The position numbers and the translations under genes were made by a program. From the NCBI RefSeq assembly GCF_041956535.1, contig NW_027192217.1, positions 240,196-304,195 on the forward strand: a stretch of DNA of 64,000 nt. Reading direction: 5' to 3'. Positions within the stretch are counted from its first letter, which is position 1. The number at the start of each line of letters is the position of its first letter. The stretch comes from Calcarisporiella thermophila CBS 279.70 (taxonomy: Eukaryota > Fungi > Calcarisporiellomycota). A model generated the notes under the pieces. It was not told the origin of the DNA. It saw nothing but the letters and a program-made list of their open reading frames with translations, and made no database searches. Positions 9,948-24,140 of this stretch are shown here, piece by piece.

Positions 9948-12179
9948 ATGTATGTAATACACCATTCTCTTTACTTCCTTTTGGTGGTAACTTGGTTTCT
10001 ACTGAGCGCTATTTGGATCGAGGCTGCTCCTTTTCAATTCGATCTCCCAGCTCGACAAGTGCTTGGCCCTTCTCGCTATAGCTCATTTGACTTCACCAAT
10101 GGCCCTCCAGAGAATAGGCGCCAAATGGGGGGTATAGATAGTAAGAATCAACGAAGCTCGATCCAGCAAGATGAGTCTACTATATCCTCTGGTGAAACAA
10201 ACAATAAGCCTTCTCCCAACAAGAGCTCAAGTGGACGCAATAAGGCATTAAAGGATCAAGATCAGAAAAGTAGGCTAGGAGCAACGAATAAGAGCAATCA
10301 AAATAAGCACGATTTTAGAGCTAGCCCCAAAAATTCCCTACAAAACGGAAGTACGACGCCTGTAAACAGGAACTCGGGAAAGCATGAAGGAATATCTGGG
10401 GGAAATAGTCAAAGAGAGACAAAGCTACCTGAGCAAGTATCACTAGAGAAGTCAGAGAATGCAGCTCCAAGGGGAAAAACTGGTCAAAATAAGTCCCAGA
10501 GAGAATCGATCCAAGGATCCAAGAATACAACAGAACAACAGAAGAAAGGAAAGGCCCAAGAACACAGATCTACAGGCGATTCTAAGAATGCTCAACTTAA
10601 AGACGCGGCGAAAGGAGCAAATAGCTCCACTAAGCAGTCGGAGGGATCAAAAAGTGTTGCAGTAAAAAAGGAAGGCGCCAAAGTATCTGTCAAGAGACCC
10701 GAGAAAGGCACTCAGAACGAAACTTCAGGCAAGCATTCGTCTGAAATATCCAAGCCTAGGGAGTCGTCAAAGAAAGAATCAAAATCTGTGAAGGCAGTTG
10801 GAAATTCCACGGAAAAAAAAGCTGGAAAAGTGGAAATAACCAAGTCGAGGGAACCCAAAGAGATGACCTCAAAGGGATCCGTGTCAAAGGAGTCGAAAAA
10901 GGAGTCAGGAGAAAGTGAAGAGAAAAGTAAGTCTAATAATAAGATGGAAGAGAAGCACTCAAAAGTATCATCGGAGAATGCGGAGTCTCAGTCCAAGAAA
11001 CCTACGGTTGTGTCGACAAAATTACCTGTCAATAAGGGATCAGAGGTGACGAAGGAATCGACTAAAACTAGGCAGCTCCCAGTTTCGACTCCCAAGGAAT
11101 CAAGGGAAGGAACTACGTCTAAAAATTCTCACGAGAAGATGAAGGAATCGTCGCCAGTTAACAAGGAGTCGATCTTGGATTCTATAGTAAACACCAAACA
11201 AGATACAAGGAATTCGCGAGAATCTTCAAAGGGGTCGGAGAAAAACGTAGATATGTCGCCCGAGCCTATAAAGAAAGCTGATGCAAAAGAAATAACTGAT
11301 AAGCAGCACATGGACGAATCCACAAGGTTACCGGAGAAACCGACAGCAATGGAGCATACCAAGAAAAAATCTTCAAAGGAGCCTTCGAAAAAGGATTTAT
11401 TGAAGAGTCCGATGGGTAAAACAGAGGAGATGAAAGATAGTTCCAGCAAAGAAATGTCGACAAAGAGCCATGAGAACGAGGGAGTTGATTCCGTGAATGA
11501 GACATCAAAGAGTCGCCCCAGCGAACCTGTGCGCGAAGATTCTGCTCGAGGCTCTCCAATTAAGAATTCTGAAGCTGAGCCTGTGGATAGAGATACAATG
11601 GGCGCAGGAATGCCGAAAACGTCCAGCCAAATCGATGCCCCCAAACCTTCACCTTCACCTGAGCGGACCCAACAGTCTACCCCTTCTTCTTCGTCTGAAC
11701 AGACTCCACAGATTAAGCCGTCACCGTCACCTAAACAGACCCCACAGGTTAAGCCATCTCAATCAACTGAGCAGACTCAACAAGATAGAACTTCTCCATC
11801 AGCTGCACAGAATCAGCAAAGTAAATCTGAGAATAGCAATACTCGCGTTCAAGATAAGTCCAGCACTTCCTCGCTTGTAAAGGCTGCAGAAATCCAAGAT
11901 CCCGACGCAGAACCGGCCCCGAAGAAACCAGTTGTTGGACCATTCGCTACTTTTCCAATTGGTATGATTATCACTGGCTTTGTGCTATTTGTAGGCACCA
12001 CTATAGTGCTTTTGGCCAGCTATGAGCGCTCCAGGTGCAGAAAAGTGTTCCGACGTCAACGGGATGTACTGCTCGCAGCCTCTAAATATAACGCAAACCC
12101 GTTTGAACAAAACCGGCGCCCAGCACGACAAACTATTATCATGCAGGCTACTCCAACGAAACTAAGAATGACAGAGTGA
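9948..12179 (+). CDS. Intronless type-I membrane protein: signal peptide, long S/K/E/Q-rich low-complexity ectodomain, one C-terminal TM helix
   Basis: Single ORF over 2.2 kb; hydrophobic N-terminus YFLLVVTWFLLSAIWIEA; TM segment FPIGMIITGFVLFVGTTIVLLASY followed by basic RSRCRK. Confidence 0.8.
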   Translation: MYVIHHSLYFLLVVTWFLLSAIWIEAAPFQFDLPARQVLGPSRYSSFDFTNGPPENRRQMGGIDSKNQRSSIQQDESTISSGETNNKPSPNKSSSGRNKALKDQDQKSRLGATNKSNQNKHDFRASPKNSLQNGSTTPVNRNSGKHEGISGGNSQRETKLPEQVSLEKSENAAPRGKTGQNKSQRESIQGSKNTTEQQKKGKAQEHRSTGDSKNAQLKDAAKGANSSTKQSEGSKSVAVKKEGAKVSVKRPEKGTQNETSGKHSSEISKPRESSKKESKSVKAVGNSTEKKAGKVEITKSREPKEMTSKGSVSKESKKESGESEEKSKSNNKMEEKHSKVSSENAESQSKKPTVVSTKLPVNKGSEVTKESTKTRQLPVSTPKESREGTTSKNSHEKMKESSPVNKESILDSIVNTKQDTRNSRESSKGSEKNVDMSPEPIKKADAKEITDKQHMDESTRLPEKPTAMEHTKKKSSKEPSKKDLLKSPMGKTEEMKDSSSKEMSTKSHENEGVDSVNETSKSRPSEPVREDSARGSPIKNSEAEPVDRDTMGAGMPKTSSQIDAPKPSPSPERTQQSTPSSSSEQTPQIKPSPSPKQTPQVKPSQSTEQTQQDRTSPSAAQNQQSKSENSNTRVQDKSSTSSLVKAAEIQDPDAEPAPKKPVVGPFATFPIGMIITGFVLFVGTTIVLLASYERSRCRKVFRRQRDVLLAASKYNANPFEQNRRPARQTIIMQATPTKLRMTE
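11641..11800 (+). repeat. Degenerate coding tandem repeats (KPSPSP-x-QT units) near the membrane
   Basis: KPSPSPERTQQ, TPSSSSEQTPQI, KPSPSPKQTPQV, KPSQSTEQTQQ: about 12-aa period. Confidence 0.6.
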
Positions 12180-12495
12180 TTAGATCTTGGTTATATGGTG
12201 GATTTGTATGCCGTTTTTTTTTTCAACTGTACAGGAACAATGTTGTGGGCATTATATCGTTTTACGATTCATGCAATCTTCATATTTATATATTTAACTT
12301 CATTCAATTCTTTATTTATTTTACCCTGATATATGTCTATATCTTTTTCTTTTTTTTTCATTCGCATTTTCAGGAATAAATCATGGTGTATTTGGAAAAA
12401 AAGCCCATTCATAAAACAAATATCGCTATAATCGAGTCGATCTAATATTGTTTTAGAAGCAACGCGTTTTCTTTTGCTTTACAGTTTTTAACTCT

Positions 12496-15081
<2,586 letters not shown>

Positions 15082-15278
15082 TGCGTGGGGAAAGAAATTT
15101 GCTTGAGTAGACAACAGCCGATTCAATTGAAAATACGCAAGTACGAGAAGGCGTTCGTAGAAAATTCTCGTAAGAGGCACAGTAAATGAATTTCTTGATC
15201 ACGAGTGTTCGGAAGATCAAAGTGCCTTATCATTTTCTCCCGTTTACTCCAGTATTCTTCATTTTTCTAATATAACAC

Positions 15279-16862
15279 ATGACTGTGGAAGAAGAACAAT
15301 TTGTCAACCCAGTACCGCGCAAACATCTCCAGCACCTCACTTATCAGCACTGGTACTTCGTTAATTACCTCTTCTCTCGATCAAGATAGGGCTAACTCTT
15401 ATTTTCAAAGGCAATTGCGGGATCTACTTACATGTCCAGAAACTTCGGAGGAGGTTTATTTTGTTCGAACAAATTCAATATTAAAATACAATACTCTTTC
15501 CAAAGAGGCTAGTTGATAGGTTTCTTAATTCTCTTCTAAACTGTTTGATCTGAGCTTTCCACGATTATAGACAATTGAGTTCCAAAAATCTCTCCCTTTT
15601 GAGCCAACTTCTTTGACATCAAGGTATAATGGCATGCATTAATACTTTTCTAATTTTTTTTAAAAAATTGTTACTATCTTAGTCATGGATTTCTCGCCGC
15701 TGGTGGTAACAGAAGCCAGCTGTTAGTCCGCGAACTAAATTCTGGTTGGTAAGCAACGTAATATATATTTGCTTTGACATGATTCTTCAAATAAATATCA
15801 TTCTTTCAGGAAGAAAACAATGAGCGTTGGAGGTTCGATTAACAATGCGCTTTGCATATCACAACATAGTGAAGGGCCGTGTTTATTAGTATGCAATAAT
15901 GATGAAACTATCAAAGTTTATTCTCTTCCAGAACTCCATCACCTTTTCAGCATACCACTTCCAACTGCTGTGAATTATGGTACTTTTTACTCATATACAG
16001 TCATTCATTTTGCATCCTTATCAAACCATTTACAAATCAATATATTGATTTTAGCCTCTGTAAGCCCTGATGGGACTAAGTTGGTGGCCGTTGGCGATAG
16101 TACAGACGCCTATCTATTTGCATTTTCTCGGAACGGATATGTTCGAAGTTCAACTTTCAAGGGTTATTATCTAAGCGTACATCTATTTGTTAATACTACT
16201 TGCTCAATCGTTTATCCAATGTTAGTCGCTGATGATGGGAGTTTTTCCTGTGCTTGGAATCAATCGGGAAATAAATTTGCTGTAGCTAGCCAGGATGGAT
16301 CAGTTAGTGTATGGGATATTAGGAGTAATCGTCAGTTATGTAGACTTGGAAGTCGGCAGGTATGTGCTCCATTGTCTATGTGATCATAAAATTTCTTTAA
16401 TAAGTTTATTCGTCCATATTATAATTATTTCTCTAAGGCATCTTCGCGATCGCAGAGACCTTCAAGTGGAAGGGCAACACGCTGCGTTAAATTCTCTCCA
16501 TCTGGTTCAGATTTACTTATGTATACTGAGGTATATACGAATGAGGTTTTATTTTATTTTACACTTCCTTACTCTTTTGTTTTAGCATACAAGTAATTTT
16601 CATGTTGTGGACGCACGTCATTTTGACACAGTTCAATCCATACGCATCGGACCGCCTGGTGCAGATTGCGATATTGTGGGCGCAACCTTTAGCCCAGATA
16701 GCCAAGTACTCTTCGTTGGTAAGTTTACCTCTTCTCTAATATATTTTGATTTGGAATTTTACCGCATTTGCCTCTTGTAATATAGGTATTCAAAATGCTA
16801 TACTTGAATATGAAGTGGACACTGTAGGTCGTAGGTGTTTTCCTGCAGGAACTATTGTATAA
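15279..16862 (+). CDS. WD40-repeat protein (DUF2415-type)
   Basis: Spliced QHWQLRDLL, GFLAAGG, SINNAL, CNNDETIK, VSPDG..LVAVGD, FSCAWN..FAVASQDG..VWDIR, RCVKFSP. Confidence 0.85.
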
Positions 16863-17337
16863 GGCCTTATTACCTTGAATAACAATTAAGAACATCGCCA
16901 TATCCTATTACAGATTAATGGATGAATTTTATCCATATTTCTATTTTCAACCTACTCCTCTATCCTTCCATCTCATAAGATTAAACGCCATCGATATTTT
17001 TTACTCTTTACTTCTATTTCTTGTATATTTGGAGCTGCGAAGTCTCCATTGTTTTATTGGTCGTTCTGCTATCGTTTATTTTCATTCCTTCTTATAATAT
17101 ATGTTATTCATATAATGCTATAAAGCAAGCATACAAATTGAGTGCTCAAAAAATGATGGTTTGATTCAAACTTCATAATATTCCATTTAATTTTTATAGT
17201 CAAAGTACTAAATTCATTCTGGTCGGCTGCCAGGTTATCACTGATGTTAAATAATTCATATATACCTATCAAACCATAATCATCAACCACAAATAATGGT
17301 GCGGAGGTAAATTTGTGCACTAGATACAATTAGTTCA

Positions 17338-18658
17338 TCAGTTATAAGTGTACGTGGCATCCAGCCGTTGACGTAAGTGCTGTCCGGCGGTCAAGATGTC
17401 CTCAGAGCTGTGTTTTGTGAGCTTGCTCTGGAGCTCAGGTAATTGACTGGGCACAGGAAGAAGCTTTGCATCATCATTTGCGTGACAAAAATACGCTATG
17501 GAATAACGATCATTATGTCGCATTGTCTCTGGATCGAATACAACCCGATGTTTAGTTGATTGAAAGAAGGAGTTTGTCCAGAATTCCATTAGATCTCCCA
17601 CGTTGACTAGGATACTCTCCGAGATTACTGGGGCTTTAATCCATTCTCCTGTCTTGTTAAGTACCTCAAGTCCCCCAATATCCTTTTGAAAAAGTAAAGT
17701 AATAGAGCCGTAATCAGTATGACTACAATCAAAAAAAAATTCTATTATTATATTATTATATAGTAAATGTTTCAATTATGGACCTTCCCGCTCGAACTTC
17801 TTCTCCATCATAGTTCTCGGATTTTGGATATTTCAAGAACCGTAATATATCTCCAGAAGGTTGCTCGTAGTCATGTCTTGTTTCAAACCAGTGCGATCCT
17901 CCAGCAGTCTCTGGAATCTTTCAAGTAGAATGAAAATAAATGGAAATCATTAATTCAAGCAACATAATATAAAGTTACCTCTAAGCATTGTCCGAAAGCT
18001 TTCAAGACCCTCATGCACGTGTTATGACAGTACTGGGGATAATAAAGGAAATAAATAAAAGAGAAAATATAAAACTTAAAGCTGGTATTTTCTCAACTAC
18101 TTTAGAAAATTGTTCTAAATTTTGTCTTTCTATTTCAAAGACAGGTGGAAGACGTTGGAGAGTACCAGAGCGCATGAACTTCCCAAAGTTGAAGGCTCTG
18201 TAATTAACAAAAATAAAGTGTAGAAATTGAGTATTTTTTTTTTTCTAAAAAAGAATAAGAATTTTTACTCTTTATGATCTCCTAATTTTTGAGTAGAAGG
18301 ATCAAGCCTGTAAGGAGAATAAGACCTCTTTTAATCGCATTGTGATTAATTAATGTAAAAGGGCACAACGCACTTCTCTTGGAACATAGCTGAATACCCA
18401 ACATTATCTTTTTGGATCAAGTATTGTTTTTTGAAATCGTCTTTGAGATCAAAGAATTGTTTCGACTAATTAAAAAGCGCTAAGAGACGGAGTGAATGGA
18501 GTGTGAAAAGCTAAATTACAAACCAGCGCAAATGCATTATCGATCATTTGCTGAGGGATTCCATGATTCACTAGATAAAAAAACCCCACGTTTACGCATG
18601 CATCTTTAATTTGATTAGAACTTTCAGGATCAAGTAGATTTATAATGGGAATCGACAT
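17338..18658 (-). CDS. 2-oxoglutarate/Fe(II)-dependent dioxygenase (IPNS/DIOX_N family)
   Basis: MSIPIINL..ACVNVGFFYLVNHGI; HTDYGSITLLFQ..GGLEV; VNVGDLME.WTN..F.ST.HRV; RYSIAYF (HxD...H facial triad and RxS motif). Confidence 0.93.
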
Positions 18659-18784
18659 TATATTATGAGAATAAATCATCAAACGAGTACCTGGATATAG
18701 TCAAAATTTCCCCACATAATACTTGTAAACTAAATAATCAGAATATCTTAAATTCAATTTAATACAAAAACTTTTGCTATTTTC

Positions 18785-19675
18785 ATGACAGAACCAAGTA
18801 ATTCAAGAGGGAAAACTCGTAAAAAATTTACTCGCGTTCGGCCGCATCCTCATTTCATCGCATCGGATACCCAAGATAATGTAAGAACTGCTGGATCACT
18901 GGGGTCTCTCCAGCAAAAATCGCCTTCAGCAATTAATCAACTAGGCACAGAAGATTGGCCTACTGATAAGCAACAAATCCAACCTTCCTCTCCACTAAGT
19001 GGCGTGCAAAAAGTAAGTTACTAAAAAATGTACCTATTTTTATTAATAATTAGTAATTGTTGAAATTGCCCGTTGTGGTAAAGCCAGAGGATAAATCTAC
19101 ACTCAATAATCCTAATACTAAGCGTAAAAAAACCACCATAAATCAACAGTCATTGAAGAAACGAAAATCGTCATCACAGAGTGAAAGACAGGTATGTTAT
19201 TTAGCTTGAAGTAAAAAATTTATGACTTGACAAATTCATTTGTTGTCTTCAAAATAGCTTGGAGTTGAGGAACCTTCAATTAAAAGGAATCCACAAAATC
19301 ATACAGAGATATGCAAATTTTTTAGATCATATAGTTGTGTGAAAGGCGAAAGCTGTCCGTACTCCCACGACTTGAAGCAAGAACCGTGCCGATTTTTTCA
19401 TTTGAAGAAGTATTGTGAAAAGGGAAGCTCTTGTCGATTCAGTCATGACTTGCTTTCAGACGAAGAAAGACAAAAATTTATTATGGTATAGTAGAAGTCC
19501 TGTACTAAGTTGCCCTAGCCTCTTCTTTTAACTCAAAAGAATTTAATGGATATAGGATCTCTCCAAACGAACCACTGACAATGAAAACCTAAAAGAGACA
19601 CCCACCCTAGATAAGCCAGAACTAACGAACTTCGCCCCATTTGGAGTGTCTATTCTTTCTAACGCCAACCCTTGA
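18785..19675 (+). CDS. Tandem CCCH zinc-finger protein
   Basis: Exon at about 19258-19485 encodes CKFFRSYSCVKGESCPYSH and CRFFHLKKYCEKGSSCRFSH; it joins the low-complexity N-terminal ORF through GT-AG introns. Confidence 0.8.
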
Positions 19676-20785
19676 TGCAGCCGCATCAATAATGATTTGT
19701 AAATTCCTATTCTTGCGCAAATTCTTATATCAAACAAAATAACTTAGAATATCAGCCAATGATTTGTAAATAAATTGGCAAAATAAAAAAATTAAAAAAA
19801 TTGGAAATTCTTAAAAATTATACGAAATTTTTTAAATTTCATAAAATTAAGTGGTCATTTTTCTAAATTTTCTTGAAAATTTCGATTTTATTAATATTCA
19901 ACAAACCAATCTTCATTGTAGATTAGATAGTGTTAGAATTTTAATTCAATCAAATATTTTCAATTAACAAGTTTGACACGACTTACTTATATTGCAACGA
20001 CACTTTATATATATTGTTAGTTTATCAGCTTATTCATTCTATAGATTAAGTACGGAATAATAGCTCATTATTCGTAGTTAAAAACAACTACCCGTTTTCT
20101 TAATTTTAAGACTCATATATTTATCAGTATATATTTATCTGCGTAAAAAGCTGTATTCCAAATATTCGATAGATGCTATTTACAATATATTTTCAAGGGT
20201 AGCTCTGAGGATTGAATTTTATTTGTTTTTCATACAAATTTTACTCTAAGAATAGAATTATTGAATCGATGTCATCATCATAATTGTACAGTAGTAATAA
20301 AATTTCTATAGTTTCAATAATATGTCACTGTTTCAGATTAACATAAGCTGGATATAATGTATATAACATGTAATAGTGGATTATACATTGACTTTATGAG
20401 AGGAGTGCCAATATATCTCTTTTAGCATTATGAGGGATAGAGGCTTTTTGGAATAGCCAAATACTGCCTTCAGCATCAGAAAACTATTACGTCTATCTTT
20501 TCTAAAATCTAATGAAATAATAGTATTACATATATTAGATATGCAATATTGGATTAGCCGAATGCGCTAGAAGGGAGAATTATATACATTATGCAAATTA
20601 TATGTGGTTGAATAATAAAGATTATTATAATAAGAGCATCAGAGGGTTTCTAACGGCAAACTGTATGCCAGAGAGAAGCACGGACACGGGCCCTTGGACG
20701 ATTTGAAGATACGACTGCCATTTCTTAGAGTACATTTATGGCAAGTGCATGGGCAATCCATTGATGACGAATATGGTGATCGTAT

Positions 20786-21049
20786 GGAATGTAGTCTTTT
20801 GGCAAGGAACTATGTATAGAGGATGGTATAAAAAATTGGATCTGTGCGTACATAGAAATGGCACAGACCACTTATGTTGATCTTTATCATTTCGTTCGCT
20901 TCGATGCATTTTTGAAATTTTTCCACATATCTTTTTAAAAGCCGCGCATTCCCCCCATTTCAACTTTCATTCTTCCATCCTTGCGACACTTTTAATAAAC
21001 ATTCTTTTATTTTGGCCTGCTTTCTATACCTTTTCACATATCCCATTCT
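20786..21049. promoter_or_regulatory. Cluster of five TEA/ATTS consensus sites (CATTCY) upstream of the TEA gene
   Basis: GGAATG 20786-20791, CATTCC 20947-20952, CATTCT 20968-20973, 21000-21005 and 21044-21049. Confidence 0.6.
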
Positions 21050-21190
21050 TTAATCCCGTAGCAAGCAGGCCGCTATTGCTATCTCTTTCTCTCATCACGC
21101 TAACTTAACCCAACTTCCTCCATAATTACGGCACCCCTTCCCTCTTGTTCCCTGTTGTCATTTAATAATAAAGAGGATTCGGCTTTTGCT

Positions 21191-22943
21191 ATGCTCAAGG
21201 TCAGTCAGATCACTCACGATTTTGTTTTTCAAGACGGCATGCCAGTGGAGACACAAGTAGATACCTCTCCCCAGGCACGACCAAAGAAAAGGCCTGCGAA
21301 AAAAGAGAAGGATAGCAAGAATGATAAGGAAGAGGTAAGGCTTTTGCTTTCTCTATTAATCAAATTGACATTTTCTTAGTTTTTCCACATTTTTTTTATT
21401 TTATTCCCTGGTGTAATTATTATTTTTAGGTGTGGCCGCCCGACGTAGAAAAAGCTTTCTATGAAGGTATATTTCAATAAAGAAATTTATAGATATCATA
21501 TAACATTTTCCGGACGGAATCCATTGTTACTCTTTAGCTCTCCATTGTATCCCCAAGCTAGGTCGACGCAAAGTTACTGTCAATGGCAAACAGTGCGGTT
21601 CGTATCTAGTAAATGCCACTCTTTTTTTTTTACCTACTAAAGCTAAGATTTATAAAACAGGTCGGAATGAGCTCATAGCCGATTACATATTCCAGCGCAC
21701 ACGAAAGATTAGGACACGAAAGCAGGTTTCTTCACATATTCAAGTCCTTAAAAATACAAGGAGGAATGATCCTGAATGTAAAATATTCCATCTTCTCTAT
21801 TCTAAATCCATTGACTTTGACAAACTTATTGACTTGGGGGATTAGTTTTACGATTGTTAACAGATACATTTGAAGGGGAGGGTGAGGGTCAGCTTGATCA
21901 TGGGGGTACTACATCAAGTATTATGGCAGATTGCCAGTTGCCTGGATTACAGCCAACTAGTTACGTATTCGAGATAATGTATGGTAGCAACCAAGCAACA
22001 GAGCTTCACAAAATCTCTGGAGGCAGTGTGACGCTTGGGGATGATGCAATAACTGCTTTGCCGAACACACAGCTTACATCAAGTTTGCCATCAACTCCTT
22101 CGACTGACATGGATATCGCTAGTCTTGGAACTTGCACACCCCTTCTTCCTTCCCATGAAGAACTTTCCTACCCACTCTGGTTTAATTATTTTTGTCTTTA
22201 TCTAGAATCTCCACTCCCCTGTGAAGACCCCACGGTGAAATTCCAAATTTATCACGGGCTAGAGGATGTGGTTATTAATCGTTATTTCTTTTCACATATC
22301 AGATGGCAATTTGTCATACTCTATCGCAAATGCCTGGGTGCTATTCTTCGGGGATGGGAACTATTGAACTATGCTCGCTTTCACCTGATAAGTTTTCATT
22401 CGTAGCAGAAATTTACCGCACTATTCCCTGCACTTTCCTTATAGCTAAAGTAAAGCTGGACTTAAATGTGGCTGCCAGTGACTATATATTCAATAGTACA
22501 GCGTTTTTTGAGTCATCGGAACGCCGCACTATTGAGTGCACGACAAGCATATACTCTTCGAGCAACATGGTTCTCGAGACAAAAGAAATGCAACAAGCCC
22601 TACTAGTTAACGAATGCAAGTACCTTTATAATTTCGAGTTCGTAAATCAGTTTTTCGATGCCTTTGTCAAAGGAATTCAGACACTTCAAACTCCAGAAGA
22701 AGTCGACATTGCTATAAACAACCTTGTTGTTTCTCAAGTTGGTTTACACTCTTTCAATCTCTCATTTTGTAAGTTTACTTAATAGCCTTTTGCATACAGG
22801 TATTTAGAGATGTTGATCCAACCTCAGAGGGACTGCCACTGCTTGCTATACTTTACGAGTTTGAACGTGCCCAAGTAGGTTGTCCGGGCACAGTTGAAAC
22901 GCAGCTACTCTGCGATACCTTTTTAGATAATTTTCTGCAGTAA
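21191..22943 (+). CDS. TEA/ATTS-domain transcription factor with a C-terminal TEAD-like (YAP-binding-type) domain
   Basis: Spliced VWPPDVEKAFYEAL..IPKLGRRK...GKQCGRNELIADYI..RTRKIRTRKQVSSHIQVLK (TEA domain); intron 22235-22302 joins the two overlapping track ORFs; TAA at 22941-22943. Confidence 0.92.
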
Positions 22944-23338
22944 TTTTTCTTCCTTTTCCTCTTCATTAATATCGAACATTTTGTATATCTAGCCATTTCT
23001 CTCTTCCTTTTTTTGTTAATATTCTTTTTTTCGATTTCCCAAAAAAATTGTCTAATGATATCTCTCTTTTCTATCGATACCCTCTTCTATTAATCTCTTT
23101 ATATCTAATCTCTACACTAATATTTTATTATTATTATTATTTTGTTTTAATTCTAAATCACAACACCACATCTACTCTACTGTATGCTTTTTCTTATTCT
23201 TTTTTATTTTATGTCTTTTTTATATTCTAAGCAATATGTTATTATAAAAATACACATGAATCAAATATCTGAGGTGACGTCACAAAGCACTCTTATTTTC
23301 TGCTCGCTGTATTAAATAATTCGAAATTCATTTCCAAA

Positions 23339-23782
23339 ATGTCAGAACTAAATCTTGATCTCCTAAATAAGAGGGTAGCTATATATACTGGGTCCAATCT
23401 TACAAATGGTTTTTTAATGTTCTGTTATTAGATCCAAGAAGCAACTGTATTGATCTCAGAACTCTCACATTTAAAAGATGGCGCTGTAAGTATTCATAAC
23501 CTAATTATTTTTCCATTTAATATTTTCCTGCAGTCATTTTACATCAACTAACGAATTGAGTTAAGTTAATTTTTGAGCGCAGATGCCAATTTTCTAATGC
23601 ACTTTTTCTACCGCCGCCTGATCGTAAACCAAAAGATATCCTGGAATCTATCCAAAGTAATTTCAATATCTAGAATTTCATTTATTTACTTACCGTAACC
23701 TATATTATTTTATACCTTATATCTGAAAGGTGAACTAAAAAGACTAGAAAAAGAGCGAGATACTCTATTAAAATTAAAATAA
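23339..23782 (+). CDS. 77-aa four-exon coiled-coil microprotein, ASDURF/beta-prefoldin-like
   Basis: Exons 23339-23374, 23432-23485, 23566-23656 and 23730-23782 splice in frame to MSELNLDLLNKRIQEATVLISELSHLKDGALIFERRCQFSNALFLPPPDRKPKDILESIQSELKRLEKERDTLLKLK*. Confidence 0.72.
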
Positions 23783-24140
23783 ATCATTGCCACTTATTTT
23801 ATTTATATTTGCACCTATTATTCGAAGTATTTTTATTTCGTACCTAGAGTGGCAAGATTTAAGCTAGTATCCAAATTCGTATAGTTGCGGAACTCGTGGC
23901 TTGTTCATTATTTTTTATTAGCCTCAATCTATTTTTACAATTTTTTTTGTAGTCAGTCCAAGTTCTTATATTTTTGTGAAATTGATTGCATCAAAAAAAT
24001 CTTTTTGTCCCACTATTCAGATCTTTTCCTTTATTCTATACGACTACCCCCCCATCTATTCCTTTCCAGACTGATGTTATTCAGATATTAGTTTTATTTT
24101 GTTATTTTAGCTAGAAACCCTTAACTACAAATTCCTTTCC

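Noticed and set aside
17338-18658. 2OG-Fe(II) dioxygenase as the tailoring enzyme of a peptide or secondary-metabolite cluster
   Set aside because: It lies 13 kb from the repeat-peptide gene, with housekeeping genes in between and no other biosynthetic genes nearby.
21854-22782. Apparent frameshift between two overlapping ORFs in the TEA gene
   Set aside because: Resolved by a normal GT-AG intron at 22235-22302.
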